A stretch of 64,000 nucleotides of DNA from an uncultured delta proteobacterium (GCA_963727445.1 CAVSGI010000008.1:448001-512000); one strand, 5' to 3'; counted from the stretch's first letter, positions 10,197 through 20,803 are shown. Program-made: numbers and translations. The notes: a model not told the origin generated them from the sequence alone.

Positions 10197-11193
10197 GGAT
10201 GATCGCGACGGCCACCGAAGTGGCGGTCGCCAGAAAAGGCGCGAGCCAGGTCATCACGCGGCCGAAGCCCGAGCCGGTGCGCTCGTGAAGGATGATGACG
10301 TCGCCGGGCGCGAGCACCGGATCATCCGCCTCGCCGTTCTCGATGTCGTCCAGGCTCAGCGCGTAGACCTCGGGTGACGCCGGACCGCCCCGCACCAGGC
10401 GCAGGCGATCGGTCGAGGCGCGCTCCGCCGGCCCGTGGGCGAGAGCGATGGCCTCCGTCGCGCGCATGCCGCGGTAATGCCGGAACGATCCCGACTGAGC
10501 CGCCGCACCCACCACCGTCACGTTGGGCATGTCGTAGGGGGGCACGCGGATGAGGTCGCCGGGACGCGCGCGGATGTTGTGGCGAGGATTGCCTTCGAGC
10601 GCCCGCGCGACGCTGATCGGAAGCTGCTCACCCTCGCGATAGACCCGCGCGTTCTCGAGGTCGGCGAGATCGATGTAGTGACCGTCCTGGCTCACCTCGA
10701 TGCGCGGCCCGCCAGCGGCCGCCACCAGGTCGGCGATGTGCGCGCCGGGCTCCACCGTGACCTCGCCCGGCGTCGTCACCGCCCCGAGCACGGTCGCCCG
10801 ATGCCCCGACGCTTCGGAGACGTGGACGCTCACCCGAGCGAAGCAATCGAAGTGCTGCGTCGCCTCCTCGACGCGTGCCTCGGCCTCGCGGAGCTCCTGC
10901 CCGCCGACCTCGACGTCGCCGATCAGCGGCAGATGGATGTGTCCGGCGCCGTCCACGACCACGTCTTCGAGAACGGTCGTCTCGCTGGAGACCGTGGTGA
11001 TCGTGAGCACGTCCCCGGGATAGAGGAGGAGCGGGCTCGGACCTTCGTCCTCCATGCCCGCCATGTCCTCGGTGTGTGCACGCCCGAGCGCCTGTGGAGA
11101 GGGCGTGGTCGGCGCGGTCGGAAAGGAGCTGCCGCACCCCACCCAGAGCAGCATGAGCAGCGACAGAATGCCCGAGCTCATAGGTCGTCGCAT
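10180..11193 (-). CDS. wza: OPX/Wza polysaccharide export lipoprotein with SLBB domains
   Basis: Lipobox WVGC; LYPGDVL..VDGAGHIHLPLIGDV poly-export domain; two SLBB-like repeats; C-terminal amphipathic helix. Confidence 0.85.
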   Translation of the reverse strand: MRRPMSSGILSLLMLLWVGCGSSFPTAPTTPSPQALGRAHTEDMAGMEDEGPSPLLLYPGDVLTITTVSSETTVLEDVVVDGAGHIHLPLIGDVEVGGQELREAEARVEEATQHFDCFARVSVHVSEASGHRATVLGAVTTPGEVTVEPGAHIADLVAAAGGPRIEVSQDGHYIDLADLENARVYREGEQLPISVARALEGNPRHNIRARPGDLIRVPPYDMPNVTVVGAAAQSGSFRHYRGMRATEAIALAHGPAERASTDRLRLVRGGPASPEVYALSLDDIENGEADDPVLAPGDVIILHERTGSGFGRVMTWLAPFLATATSVAVAIILTQTR

Positions 11194-11265
11194 GGGGGCG
11201 GACGGTACCACAAAACGCGTGCCCAGAAATGCGCAGGCCACTATAGTCGGACGCCGGATCGCCCC

Positions 11266-13290
11266 GTGTTCGATCTCGACGACGACATTCAGGAGGGAGG
11301 TCGGCCCGACGCCTCCCGCCCCGACACCCCGCGGTACGGGCGCCCGGTGGAGATCGGAAGGCTGGTGCGCGCGCTCCTGCGCCAGCGCTGGGTGATCGTC
11401 GCGGGCGCCATCATCGGCGTGGCCCTGGGGGTGGTCATCGCCAAGACCCTCGTACCACGCGTGTACTCCACGGAGACGGTGCTGGTCTGGGAGACCACCG
11501 AGGATCAGGCCCAGCCCGACGTCCGCGAGCTCCGCACCTTCGTCGACTCGGTGAAGCTCCCGACCAACCTGGCGACCGTCCGCGAGCGTCTGGCCATCCC
11601 GCAGACCCTGGACCGCCTCGCGGCGCGCCTCGACGTGCGCTTCGACCGCGACAGCGACCTGGTCGTCGTGAGAGCCGAAGCCGAGGATCCCGAGGAGGCC
11701 GTCGCCCTCTGCGAGACCACCATCGAGGTCTTCCTCGAGCACCAACAGGACATCGCCCGCGAGCGCCTCGACGAGGACGTCAGCTCCCTCGAGACCGACG
11801 TCGCACGCGCCCGCGAGCGCCTCGATCGTGCGCAGGAGCGCTACGACGACTTCCGCTCGGAGCACGGCGTCTCGGATCTCTCTCTCGAACGCCAGCAAGC
11901 GATCGAGCTCGCCGCGAGCCTGAGGGCCCAGGCGGACATCGCCCGCGCCGACAGCGAAGCGGCGGAGGCGCGCTCGGAGCAGGCGCCACGCAATCCCACG
12001 ACGACGGAGTCCGCGCAGCTGAGGCAGGCGCGTCAGCGGCTCGAGACCGCGCGCGCGCGCCTCTCCGAGGATCACCCGCGCGTTCAGGCCCTCGCCGCCG
12101 AGGTCGAGGCGATGCAGGAAACCGAGGCGAGCACGCCGCAGGCGCAGCAAAACGGGGCGCAGGCCCACGCGCAGCGCACTCGCGCAGCGGCGCACCGCAG
12201 GCACGAGGCCTATCAGCGGATGGAGGAGGAAGCGCGCACCCGGCTGGAGGAGCTGTCCTCTGTCGAGGGTGAAGCGAGCGCGCTCCTGGCTTCCGTCCGG
12301 GTGGCCGAGGGCCACGTGGCGGACCTCGAGTCCGACCTGGCCATCGCGCAGGACCGCGCGCGTGATGCCTCCCCCGGCTTTCGGGTGGTGGCCGCACCGC
12401 TGATGCCGGAGGAGCCCGAGCGCAGCTACCGCAAGCCCGCGGCCGTCGCGATCCCGATCGGCGCGGTGGTGCTGGTGGTGCTCTTCGTCCTCGGGTTCGA
12501 GCTGCGCGGGCTGCGGGTGAAGACGGCCAACGAGCTGGCCTACTGGGGACGGGCGCCCGTCGTGGCGAGCACCACCTGGCCTGGAAAGAAGCGGGAGCTC
12601 TCGGCCATCGTGGAGGAGCTGGCGGAGAAGGCCGCCCGCGCGGGCGGTCAGACCCTGGTCATCGCTGCATCGGAGCTCGACCAGAGCGTGGCCGACGACA
12701 TCGCGGAGCACCTCAAGGTGACGGTGTCTGTGACCGTTGGTGAGATGCCGAACGCCACTTACTACGATCCGGATGGCCCGGACCTCGTCACGGCGCCCCC
12801 CGAAGAGAGGCCGGTCGGCCTGCTGCCTGCGGGCGAAGGCCGGAGCGACATCGTCATCGACGAATCCGGCAGGATGGTGGAGTCGGCGGGCAGCCAGCCC
12901 CCGGCTGCACCCCGTCGCAACGTGCCGACCCTGGCGAAGCGCGAGCAGAAGACCATCGCCCGCCGGCGGGGTCGCCGCCTCGAGCGGGTGCAGGTCTCCA
13001 AGGACCAGATCTACCTGGACCCGGAAACGGCACCCGCCGAGATCGTCAGCGCCGAATCCGGGTCGGGCGACGCCTTCGTGCGACGCGGGGCGCGGGCCGC
13101 CGATCGGGTGCTGGTCGTGGTGCGGTCAGGAGCCCTCAGCGTCACCAAGGCCAGCGAGCTCCGCGCGTTGGTCGGCCGCCAGGACGATGGGGTGGGCTTC
13201 CTCCTCGTCGGCGTGCCCGACTGGCTGGCGGTTCTGGCGGACCAGGCTGGTCCAGTGGACCGCTTCTGGCGGTCCACCAGCGACGCCTAA
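11266..13290 (+). CDS. Polysaccharide co-polymerase (Wzc/Wzz-like) with degenerate kinase-like C-terminus
   Basis: N-terminal TM (RWVIVAGAIIGVALG), long coiled coil with LSEDHPRV, P..PERS + second TM; no Walker A. Confidence 0.8.
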   Translation: MFDLDDDIQEGGRPDASRPDTPRYGRPVEIGRLVRALLRQRWVIVAGAIIGVALGVVIAKTLVPRVYSTETVLVWETTEDQAQPDVRELRTFVDSVKLPTNLATVRERLAIPQTLDRLAARLDVRFDRDSDLVVVRAEAEDPEEAVALCETTIEVFLEHQQDIARERLDEDVSSLETDVARARERLDRAQERYDDFRSEHGVSDLSLERQQAIELAASLRAQADIARADSEAAEARSEQAPRNPTTTESAQLRQARQRLETARARLSEDHPRVQALAAEVEAMQETEASTPQAQQNGAQAHAQRTRAAAHRRHEAYQRMEEEARTRLEELSSVEGEASALLASVRVAEGHVADLESDLAIAQDRARDASPGFRVVAAPLMPEEPERSYRKPAAVAIPIGAVVLVVLFVLGFELRGLRVKTANELAYWGRAPVVASTTWPGKKRELSAIVEELAEKAARAGGQTLVIAASELDQSVADDIAEHLKVTVSVTVGEMPNATYYDPDGPDLVTAPPEERPVGLLPAGEGRSDIVIDESGRMVESAGSQPPAAPRRNVPTLAKREQKTIARRRGRRLERVQVSKDQIYLDPETAPAEIVSAESGSGDAFVRRGARAADRVLVVVRSGALSVTKASELRALVGRQDDGVGFLLVGVPDWLAVLADQAGPVDRFWRSTSDA

Positions 13291-13467
13291 TTTTCGCTGG
13301 GAGCGCATTGTTGTCACCAGAGCGGCCACTCCGGTAGCCACCGGAGCGCGCGCTGCGGGTCAATTTTCCAGCAAAACCGGACTTCTCTCTCAGAATCCCG
13401 CCGCTATCGGAGCGGCACGGACATTGCCTTACATCGGGGCAGTCAGGGTTTCAGGGAGGTCAGAGAA

Positions 13468-14925
13468 GTGAACACCGAAGGACTGGTCAGGCCCCATTGG
13501 CGTCAGCTGATGATGTTGGTTCGATTCCTCGATGTCTTGCTCATCGGGGTGGTCCTCTACATCGCCACCCGCGTCACTGGTGAGCCGTGGACGATGACCC
13601 ATACCGCTGGTGCCTTCCTGGCGATGGGCCTCTACTCGTCCATCTCCGAGGCCAACCACGTCTACGGCCCCTGGCGCGCCGCCAAGGTCTCCCGTGAGCT
13701 GCTGCAAATCTGGGGGGCCTACCTCCTGACGCTGCCCGGCCTCTTCATGGCCGGCTACTTCGCCAAGGCGAACCACGAGATCGGCAACACGACCGCCGCC
13801 CTGTGGCTGGGCACGACCCCGCTCTTGCTGATGGCGACCCGCACCTTCCTCCGCTACTTCCTGCAGGAGGTCCGGACCCGCGGCGGCAACACGCGCTCCG
13901 TGGCCATCGCCGGCGCCACCCCCGCCGGTCTCAAGCTCCGCCGCACCATCGCGGACAGCCCCTGGATGGGCTTCCGTTGCTACGGCTTCTACGACGACCG
14001 CATCGACGGTGGCGAGACCGTCACCATCGACCAGGTCAACAGCCTCCCGTCGAACGACGGGCGCCTGGTGGACATCCCGGAGGAGCTGGGCAGGTTCCGG
14101 GGCGACTTCGACAAGCTCATCGCCGACGCGCGCGAAGGCAAGATCGACACCGTCTACATCACGCTGCCGCTCCGCGCCGAGGAGCGCATCCGCCACATCA
14201 TCCAGAACCTCGCGGACACCACCGCCACGGTCCACGTCATCGCCGACGTCCTGCTCTCCGACCTGATGCAGTCGCGCATGTCGAGCGTCGGCGAGATGCC
14301 GGTCATCGACGTCTTCGACCACCCCTTCCACGGCGTGAACGGCACGCTGAAGCGGATCGAAGACGTCGTGGTAGGCGCGCTCATTCTGCTGCTCATCTCG
14401 GTCCCGATGGCGGTCATCGCGGCCGCGATCAAGCTGACCTCGAAGGGCCCCGTGCTCTTCCGGCAGCGCCGCTACGGCCTGAACGGTGAAGAGATCATGG
14501 TGCTGAAGTTCCGCACGATGACCGTCGCCGAGGATGGGGCCAAGGTCACCCAGGCGACCAAGCACGACAGCCGCATCACCAAGCTGGGCGCGTTCCTCAG
14601 GCGCACCTCCCTCGACGAGCTGCCCCAGTTCATCAACGTCCTCACCGGCGAGATGTCGATCGTAGGCCCCCGCCCCCACGCGGTCGCTCACAACGAGCAG
14701 TACCGGCGTCTCATCTCGGGCTACATGCTCCGCCACAAGGTCAAGCCCGGCATCACCGGGTGGGCCCAGGTCAACGGCTGGCGCGGCGAGACCGACACCC
14801 TCGAGAAGATGGAGAAGCGGATCGAGCACGACCTGGCGTACATCCGCAACTGGGCGCTGGTCTTCGATCTCCGGATCATCTTCCTCACCGTCTTCGGCAA
14901 GGCCGTTCGCAAGAACGCCTACTGA
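13468..14925 (+). CDS. wcaJ: Undecaprenyl-phosphate glucose phosphotransferase (priming GT)
   Basis: KFRTM, RRTSLDELPQFINVLTGEMSIVGPRPHAVAHNE, RHKVKPGITGWAQVNGWRGET, ends NAY. Confidence 0.93.
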   Translation: MNTEGLVRPHWRQLMMLVRFLDVLLIGVVLYIATRVTGEPWTMTHTAGAFLAMGLYSSISEANHVYGPWRAAKVSRELLQIWGAYLLTLPGLFMAGYFAKANHEIGNTTAALWLGTTPLLLMATRTFLRYFLQEVRTRGGNTRSVAIAGATPAGLKLRRTIADSPWMGFRCYGFYDDRIDGGETVTIDQVNSLPSNDGRLVDIPEELGRFRGDFDKLIADAREGKIDTVYITLPLRAEERIRHIIQNLADTTATVHVIADVLLSDLMQSRMSSVGEMPVIDVFDHPFHGVNGTLKRIEDVVVGALILLLISVPMAVIAAAIKLTSKGPVLFRQRRYGLNGEEIMVLKFRTMTVAEDGAKVTQATKHDSRITKLGAFLRRTSLDELPQFINVLTGEMSIVGPRPHAVAHNEQYRRLISGYMLRHKVKPGITGWAQVNGWRGETDTLEKMEKRIEHDLAYIRNWALVFDLRIIFLTVFGKAVRKNAY

Positions 14926-16070
14926 GGCCGAGCCGCGAGGCACGCGTCGTAGAGGCCCTGCGCGGTCGCGCCCCATCCCCGCGCCCGCGCCCAGGCCTGC
15001 CCCTCGGCGAGCACCCCGGCACGAAGGGCCTCGTCCGACACGGCGCGCTCGAGGGCCTGGCGAATCGAGCGCTCGTCGAGCGGGTCACAGAGCGCCGCGT
15101 GCGGCCCCACCACCTCCGGCAGGGCCCCGGTGTTCGACGCGCAGACCGGACGCCCGGCGGCGATGGCCTCGAGCGCGGGCAGACCGAATCCCTCGCGCAG
15201 GCCGACCATCACCACCGCGTCCGAGGCCGCGACGAGCTTCGGCAGATCGGCGTCGTCGACGAAGCCGAGCCAACGCACCCGATCCGCGACGCCCGCGCTC
15301 CGGGCCTCGGCCACGATGCGCTCGTGTGCGCCCCAGTCCGCGCCGACCAGGATCAGGTCGTGCGACGCGGCGAGGGCGCTCGAGCCGAAGGCGCGCACCA
15401 GGCGCAGGTGGTTCTTTCCCGGATGCTCGAGGCGGCTCACGTACAGAAGGAAGGGACGCTCGAGGCGGTGTGCAGCGAGGGTCCGTCGAACCGCGGCGTC
15501 GTCCCGCTCCGTCGGCTGAAAGCGGTCTGCGTCGACGCCGTTCAACACGACGCGGATGCGCTCCTTCGGCAGGTGAAGCGCCTGCACCAGATCGTCGCGG
15601 GTGGCGTTGCTGACCGCCACCAGGACGGTGGCCCGCCTGAACGCAGGCACCACCAGACGCTCGACGTACGCCATCCGGAGCGGATCGTACTTGTCGGCCA
15701 CCGCGAGCTGCGCGACGTCGTGTACGACGGCGACTGTCGGCACGCTGTGGGCCAAGCCGAGATTGATCCGGCGGTTCGCCGCAGGCAGAAGGAGCACGTC
15801 GGCGCGGCGCAGGCGCGACAGTGGCCCCACCCCCAGGAGGTGAAAGAGCGCGCTCGCGCCGGGGCGATCGAAGGCCGCCGGGAGCGTCTGCAGGGGGACG
15901 CCCAGATGCTCGGTGTCGTAGGCCCGATGCTCCGCCGGCGTCCCTAGCACCAGGAGCTCGTCGCCCTGCTCCCGGCAGATGGCGATGAGACGAGGCAGGA
16001 CCTCCCGGACGTAGATCCCAATCCCCGACCGTCCGAGGTCGCTCCCGCCGAGTGCAAAGGCGATGCGCAT
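14919..16070 (-). CDS. Glycosyltransferase family 4
   Basis: SGIGIYVRE, VVHDV, AVSNATRDDL, NGVD, KNHLRL, EGFGLPALEA. Confidence 0.9.
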   Translation of the reverse strand: MRIAFALGGSDLGRSGIGIYVREVLPRLIAICREQGDELLVLGTPAEHRAYDTEHLGVPLQTLPAAFDRPGASALFHLLGVGPLSRLRRADVLLLPAANRRINLGLAHSVPTVAVVHDVAQLAVADKYDPLRMAYVERLVVPAFRRATVLVAVSNATRDDLVQALHLPKERIRVVLNGVDADRFQPTERDDAAVRRTLAAHRLERPFLLYVSRLEHPGKNHLRLVRAFGSSALAASHDLILVGADWGAHERIVAEARSAGVADRVRWLGFVDDADLPKLVAASDAVVMVGLREGFGLPALEAIAAGRPVCASNTGALPEVVGPHAALCDPLDERSIRQALERAVSDEALRAGVLAEGQAWARARGWGATAQGLYDACLAARPQ

Positions 16071-16278
16071 CGAGGGCCCGTGTGTACGCCGAGCGGCCTC
16101 GCAATTCCAGGGTTGGGCGAGGACAGGGGCCACCGCCCGGGCTACCCTGGACGTATCCACCGCGAAACGAATGGCGGACGCTTCGTGACCGAAAACCCGC
16201 GGGTCCCTTCCGGTACCTCGGAACGTGCTTATGGGACATCGAGAGCGCTTCCCTCATCTTCGCCGACACGGATAGCCC

Positions 16279-17361
16279 ATGAAGAAACAGCTTTTCGTCG
16301 CCGCCTCCTTCCTTCTCCTCGCCGCCGCGGTCGCGATGGTTCCCGTGGGTGACGGGATGGCGGAGAGCACGGGGCATCCTGGGGAGAGGCACATGGATTC
16401 ACGGACCGCGCAGATGTCGGATGCCGCGCCGCCCGGCCGCCAGATCGATCTGCTCTTCATCCATCACTCGATCGGGGGCCAGCTCTTCGCGCCCGAGGGC
16501 CCCGACGTGCAGAGCCACCACATCTACGAGAGCTTCCCCGAGGGCGGGGACCTGCGTGAGATGCTGGAGCAGGACGGTTACCGCGTGCACGAAGCCAGCT
16601 ACGGGAGCCGCATCGGAGAGCACACCGACCTCTTCGATTGGCTGCCGAAGTTCAGCACCGAGATGGACGAGATCCTGCGGACCGAGGAGCAGGACACGGA
16701 GCTTCCAGGCGGACGGCGAAACCAGATCGTGATGTTCAAGTCGTGCTACCCGAACAGCAAGTTCGTCGGCGAAGGCGAAGGTGAAGGCGACCCGGCGGGT
16801 CCGGACCTCACGCTCGCAAACGCCAAGGCGACGATGCGTGCGCTCCTGCCGCTCTTCGCCGAGGAGCCGGAGACGCTCTTCGTCTATCTCACCGCGCCGC
16901 CCCTCGCGCCGAGGATCGAGCCCGAGCCGTTGTGGAAGGTCGCCGCGCGAAAGGTGCTCGGCAAGAGCTGGGGTCCGGAGGAGCTCGCGCACAGCGGTGA
17001 GATCGCCGCCGAGTTCAATCACTGGCTCACGGCGCCGGACGGCTGGCTCGCGGACTACCCCCACGACAACGTCGCGGTCTTCGACTACTGGTACGTCCTC
17101 ACCGGCGAAGGCGAGAGCAACCTCCTCGCGTACCCGACGCACGACGGCTACGACGCACACCCCGCGCGCGAAGGTCAGAGGGCGGCGGCGCCGCTGCTGC
17201 GCGACACCATCAATCGAGCGGTGAGGCGCGCGGGGCTTTCGGCACCGCCGGTACCGGAGCCCATGCCCGTGCACCAGGGGAGCACGGCAGAGCCCGATCC
17301 CGCCGCGGGGGAGAGCACGGCGGCGAACGAGGACGATTCGGTGGCGGCCGAACCGGGTTGA
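16279..17361 (+). CDS. Periplasmic SGNH-like protein, possible polysaccharide O-acyltransferase/esterase
   Basis: Signal peptide; LLFIHHSIG, IVMFKSCYP, VAVFDYW, YDAHP resembling SGNH Ser and D-x-H blocks. Confidence 0.5.
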   Translation: MKKQLFVAASFLLLAAAVAMVPVGDGMAESTGHPGERHMDSRTAQMSDAAPPGRQIDLLFIHHSIGGQLFAPEGPDVQSHHIYESFPEGGDLREMLEQDGYRVHEASYGSRIGEHTDLFDWLPKFSTEMDEILRTEEQDTELPGGRRNQIVMFKSCYPNSKFVGEGEGEGDPAGPDLTLANAKATMRALLPLFAEEPETLFVYLTAPPLAPRIEPEPLWKVAARKVLGKSWGPEELAHSGEIAAEFNHWLTAPDGWLADYPHDNVAVFDYWYVLTGEGESNLLAYPTHDGYDAHPAREGQRAAAPLLRDTINRAVRRAGLSAPPVPEPMPVHQGSTAEPDPAAGESTAANEDDSVAAEPG

Positions 17362-18905
17362 TGCGGGGAGCAGGGCTTCACCACCTGCTCCTCTCGTCCG
17401 CGGAGCGCGATCCCGATGGGCGGGCGCTGGTTCGCGGTCCACAGAGCGTCACCTACGCGGAGCTCGCCCAGGGGGCGGCGCGCTTCGCCGGCGCGCTGAG
17501 GGGTGCGGGCGTGCAGCGAGGCGACCGCGTCGCCATCGCCGTCGACGGCGGCGTCGAGTTTCCCATCGCCTATTACGGCGCGGCGATGGCCGGCGCGATC
17601 GCTGTTCCGCTGGGCGACGACGCGCGCGCGGCCTCCTTCGTCTCGACGCTGGCGCACGCCGGCGCGAAGGTGGTGGTGATCGGGAGCCGGAACCTGCGGC
17701 TCCTCGAGGGGTCGGGCGACGCCTTGAGGGATCTCACCGCCGCGATCACCGTCGGCCCACCGCCGAAACGCGGGCCGGAGCTCGCGGCGATCGATTTCGA
17801 CGAGGCCCTGGCGGGAGCCGCTCCGATCGAAGACGCGGGCGCAGCGGGCGATGATCTCGTCGCCATCCAGTACACCTCGGGCACCACCGGCGAAAAGCGC
17901 GGCGTGATGCTCTCCCACGCGAACCTTCGCGCGAACGCCGCCTCGATCGTCGAATACCTCGCGCTCACGCGGGACGACGTCGTGGGGATGGTCCTGCCCT
18001 TCTACTACGTCTACGGCGGCTCGGTGCTCCATACCCACATCGCCGTCGGGGGAACGGTCGCGATGCTCGGCTCGCTGGCTTTTCCCGTGCGCGTCGCCGA
18101 GGGGCTCGCAGCGCATCGCTGCACGGGGCTCTGTGGTGTGCCCTCGAGCTTCGCGCGGCTGCTCTCGCTCGAGGAGCTCGAGGAGCACGACCTGTCGTCG
18201 CTCCGCTACCTGACGCAGGCGGGCGCGGCGATGAGCAGAGACATGGCAGCGCGGGTGCGGAAGGCGTTCCCGGCGGCGAAGCTCTACGTGATGTACGGGC
18301 AGACCGAGGCGTCGGCGCGGCTGAGCTACCTGCCCCCCGAGCGCATCGACGACAAGGCCGGCTCGGTCGGAGTGGCCATCCCGGGCGTCGCGCTGGCGGT
18401 TCGCGACCCCTCGGGCGCCCGCTGCGCCCCGAACGAGATCGGCGAAGTGGTGGCGCAGGGACAAAACGTGATGCGCGGCTACTACCGGAACGAAGAGGCC
18501 ACGGCGCGGGCCATCCGTCCCGAGGGCCTCTACACCGGCGACCTCGGCTACCTCGACGAGGATGGCTTCCTCTTCCTGGTCGGCCGAAAGAGCGAGATCA
18601 TCAAGAGCGCCGCCCATCGGATCGCGCCGATGGAGGTCGAAGAAGTGCTCGAATCACTCGAAGGGGTCGAAGAGAGCGCCGTCGTGGGCGGTCCGCACCC
18701 GCTCCTGGGCGAGGTGGTGGTCGCGTTCGTGGTCCCCTCCGAGGGCGCCTCCATCACGAAAGAGGAGGTGCTTCGCCATTGCCGAAAGGAGCTCCCCCGG
18801 TTCAAGATGCCATCGGAGGTTCATCTGGTATCGGAGCTGCCGCGCACGGACAACGGCAAGATCCTCCGTCGCGAGCTGCGGGAGCAGCTGTTCCAAAGAG
18901 GTTGA
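17358..18905 (+). CDS. Class I adenylate-forming enzyme (acyl-CoA ligase-like)
   Basis: YTSGTTG, MYGQTEA, YTGDLG, GRKSEIIK, LPRTDNGKILR. Confidence 0.9.
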   Translation: MMRGAGLHHLLLSSAERDPDGRALVRGPQSVTYAELAQGAARFAGALRGAGVQRGDRVAIAVDGGVEFPIAYYGAAMAGAIAVPLGDDARAASFVSTLAHAGAKVVVIGSRNLRLLEGSGDALRDLTAAITVGPPPKRGPELAAIDFDEALAGAAPIEDAGAAGDDLVAIQYTSGTTGEKRGVMLSHANLRANAASIVEYLALTRDDVVGMVLPFYYVYGGSVLHTHIAVGGTVAMLGSLAFPVRVAEGLAAHRCTGLCGVPSSFARLLSLEELEEHDLSSLRYLTQAGAAMSRDMAARVRKAFPAAKLYVMYGQTEASARLSYLPPERIDDKAGSVGVAIPGVALAVRDPSGARCAPNEIGEVVAQGQNVMRGYYRNEEATARAIRPEGLYTGDLGYLDEDGFLFLVGRKSEIIKSAAHRIAPMEVEEVLESLEGVEESAVVGGPHPLLGEVVVAFVVPSEGASITKEEVLRHCRKELPRFKMPSEVHLVSELPRTDNGKILRRELREQLFQRG

Positions 18906-18909
18906 AGCG

Positions 18910-19435
18910 TTGTTCGACAACATCCGGGCCGACATGAAGATGTACGAGCGCGAGGGCGGCTGGCAGGGCCAGCTCGGCTTCTACATCACCGCCACCTACC
19001 GCTTCGGCCGCTGGGCGCGGCAGAATCAAATCCCCCCCCTTGCGACTCGGCGCACGCATCGCCCACGGCGCCATGGCCACTCCGTGGCGCTTCTTCCGCA
19101 ACGTGCACATCCCCGCGGGCGCCGAGATCGGCCCGGGCCTCCGCATGGTGCACGCGCAGAGCATCCTGGTGCTTCCGGGCTCGAAGATCGGCTCGGGCTG
19201 CTCGATCTATCACGAGGTGACGCTCGGGACGGGACACGAGCCGGGCGCCCCCACCGTCGGAGACAACGTGATGCTCTTTGCGGGATCGAAGGTCCTCGGC
19301 GGGATCGAGGTCGGCAACGACGTGCAGGTGGGCGCGAACGCGGTGGTGACCAAGAACGTGCCCGAAGGCGCCACCGTCGCCGCCCCGCCCTCTCGCGCGA
19401 TCCCGAAGGCGATCGCGAAGGTCGTCCGCCGCTGA
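18910..19435 (+). CDS. Serine-acetyltransferase-like left-handed beta-helix acyltransferase (frameshift in poly-C ~19032-19039)
   Basis: FDNIRAD..TYRFGRW N-terminus joins IPAGAEIGPGL..HEVTLG..PTVGDNV..GANAVVTKNVP. Confidence 0.8.
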
Positions 19436-19444
19436 TCCCGTTGC

Positions 19445-20680
19445 TCAGCGGCGCGCCCCGAGCGTCTCGCGCATGCGCACGAGCACGGCCGCCCCGGAGA
19501 CGAAGGTCAGAGCGGCGATGGTGAGCGTCGCCGCGGCCAGGCCGAAGGTGTCGGCCACCACCCCGGCGAGCAGCGCGCCGACCGCGTAGCCGGCGTCTCG
19601 CCAGAGCCGGTAGACGCCGACGGACGAAGCGCGCCAGCTCGGATGGGCCACGTCCCCGATGGCCGCGAGCAGTGTTGGATAGACCATCGCGGTGCCGAGG
19701 CCGAGCAGCACCGCGCCCAGGGCGAAGAGCGCGAAGGTCGCGCCGAGGGCGATGACCACGATGCCCGCGGCCTGTGTCCACATGCCGGCCACGATGAGCC
19801 CCTTGCGCCCCAGCCGATCGGAGAGGCCCCCGGTGAAGAGCTGCCCCATCCCCCACACGGCCGGATAGATCGCGGCGAGGATCCCGATCTGCCCCAGGGA
19901 CATCCGGGCCGAAGCGAAGAGCAGAGGAAAGAGGCCCCACGCCATGCCGTCGTTGAGGTTGTTCACCATCCCGGCCTGGCTCACCGAGGAGAGATCGCGG
20001 TCGACGAAGCTGGTGCGCAGAAAGACCTCCCGCGGGGAGAGCGCCTCGGCGGGGCCGGAGGTGAATTTCGACTCGTGCGCGACGTGATGGCGGGTTTCGC
20101 GGACGAGCAGGAGGGAAGCGAGGGTCCCGCAGATGACGAAGCCCACACCCAGATAGAAGGGCTCGGGGCGGAGGCCCGTTCGGGCCGCCAACCAGCCGGT
20201 GGCGAGCGCGGAGAGCGCCACGGCGAAGTAGCCCGCGAACTCGTTGAGGCCCATGGCGAGCCCGCGATCCTTCGCGCCCGCGAGGTCGATCTTCATGATG
20301 ACGGTGGTCGACCAGGTGAGCCCCTGACTCACGCCGAGGAGCACGTTGGCGGCGAGGATCCACGACCACGAAGGCGCCCACATGAGCGCGAAGGGCACGG
20401 GCGCGGCCACCAGCCACCCGGCCACCAGGACCCCCTTGCGCCCGTAGCGATCGGAGAAGCGCCCGGCGAAGTAGTTGGTGAGCGCCTTCGTCGTCCCGAA
20501 GACGACGATGAAGGAGAGGATCGCCGTGCGCGCCGCGAGGTGGAACTCCTCCTCGGCGATCGCGGGCAGGATGCTGCGCTCCATCCCCACCATCGCCCCG
20601 ACGAAAGCGTTGACCACGACGAGCAGCGCGAACTGCCCGAGATTTTCGCGGATCCCGAGTCGCAAGGTTGGCTCGCCCAT
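19445..20680 (-). CDS. MFS transporter
   Basis: About 12 TM; GRFSDRYGRK and GLSDRLGRK MFS signature loops. Confidence 0.9.
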   Translation of the reverse strand: MGEPTLRLGIRENLGQFALLVVVNAFVGAMVGMERSILPAIAEEEFHLAARTAILSFIVVFGTTKALTNYFAGRFSDRYGRKGVLVAGWLVAAPVPFALMWAPSWSWILAANVLLGVSQGLTWSTTVIMKIDLAGAKDRGLAMGLNEFAGYFAVALSALATGWLAARTGLRPEPFYLGVGFVICGTLASLLLVRETRHHVAHESKFTSGPAEALSPREVFLRTSFVDRDLSSVSQAGMVNNLNDGMAWGLFPLLFASARMSLGQIGILAAIYPAVWGMGQLFTGGLSDRLGRKGLIVAGMWTQAAGIVVIALGATFALFALGAVLLGLGTAMVYPTLLAAIGDVAHPSWRASSVGVYRLWRDAGYAVGALLAGVVADTFGLAAATLTIAALTFVSGAAVLVRMRETLGARR

Positions 20681-20803
20681 GGCGGGGCGAGATAGGTACC
20701 ACAACGGCTGGAGGGGCGCCGGAAGTCCCGCTAAGTTCGTGCATTGGCGGCATTCTTCAGATTCTTTTAGAACCGCCTCGCGCCGAATGAGGCAATCTCG
20801 TCC

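Noticed and set aside
19032..19039. Phase-variable poly-C tract in the acetyltransferase
   Set aside because: A C8 run at the frameshift is suggestive but cannot be separated from homopolymer sequencing error given the window's indel rate
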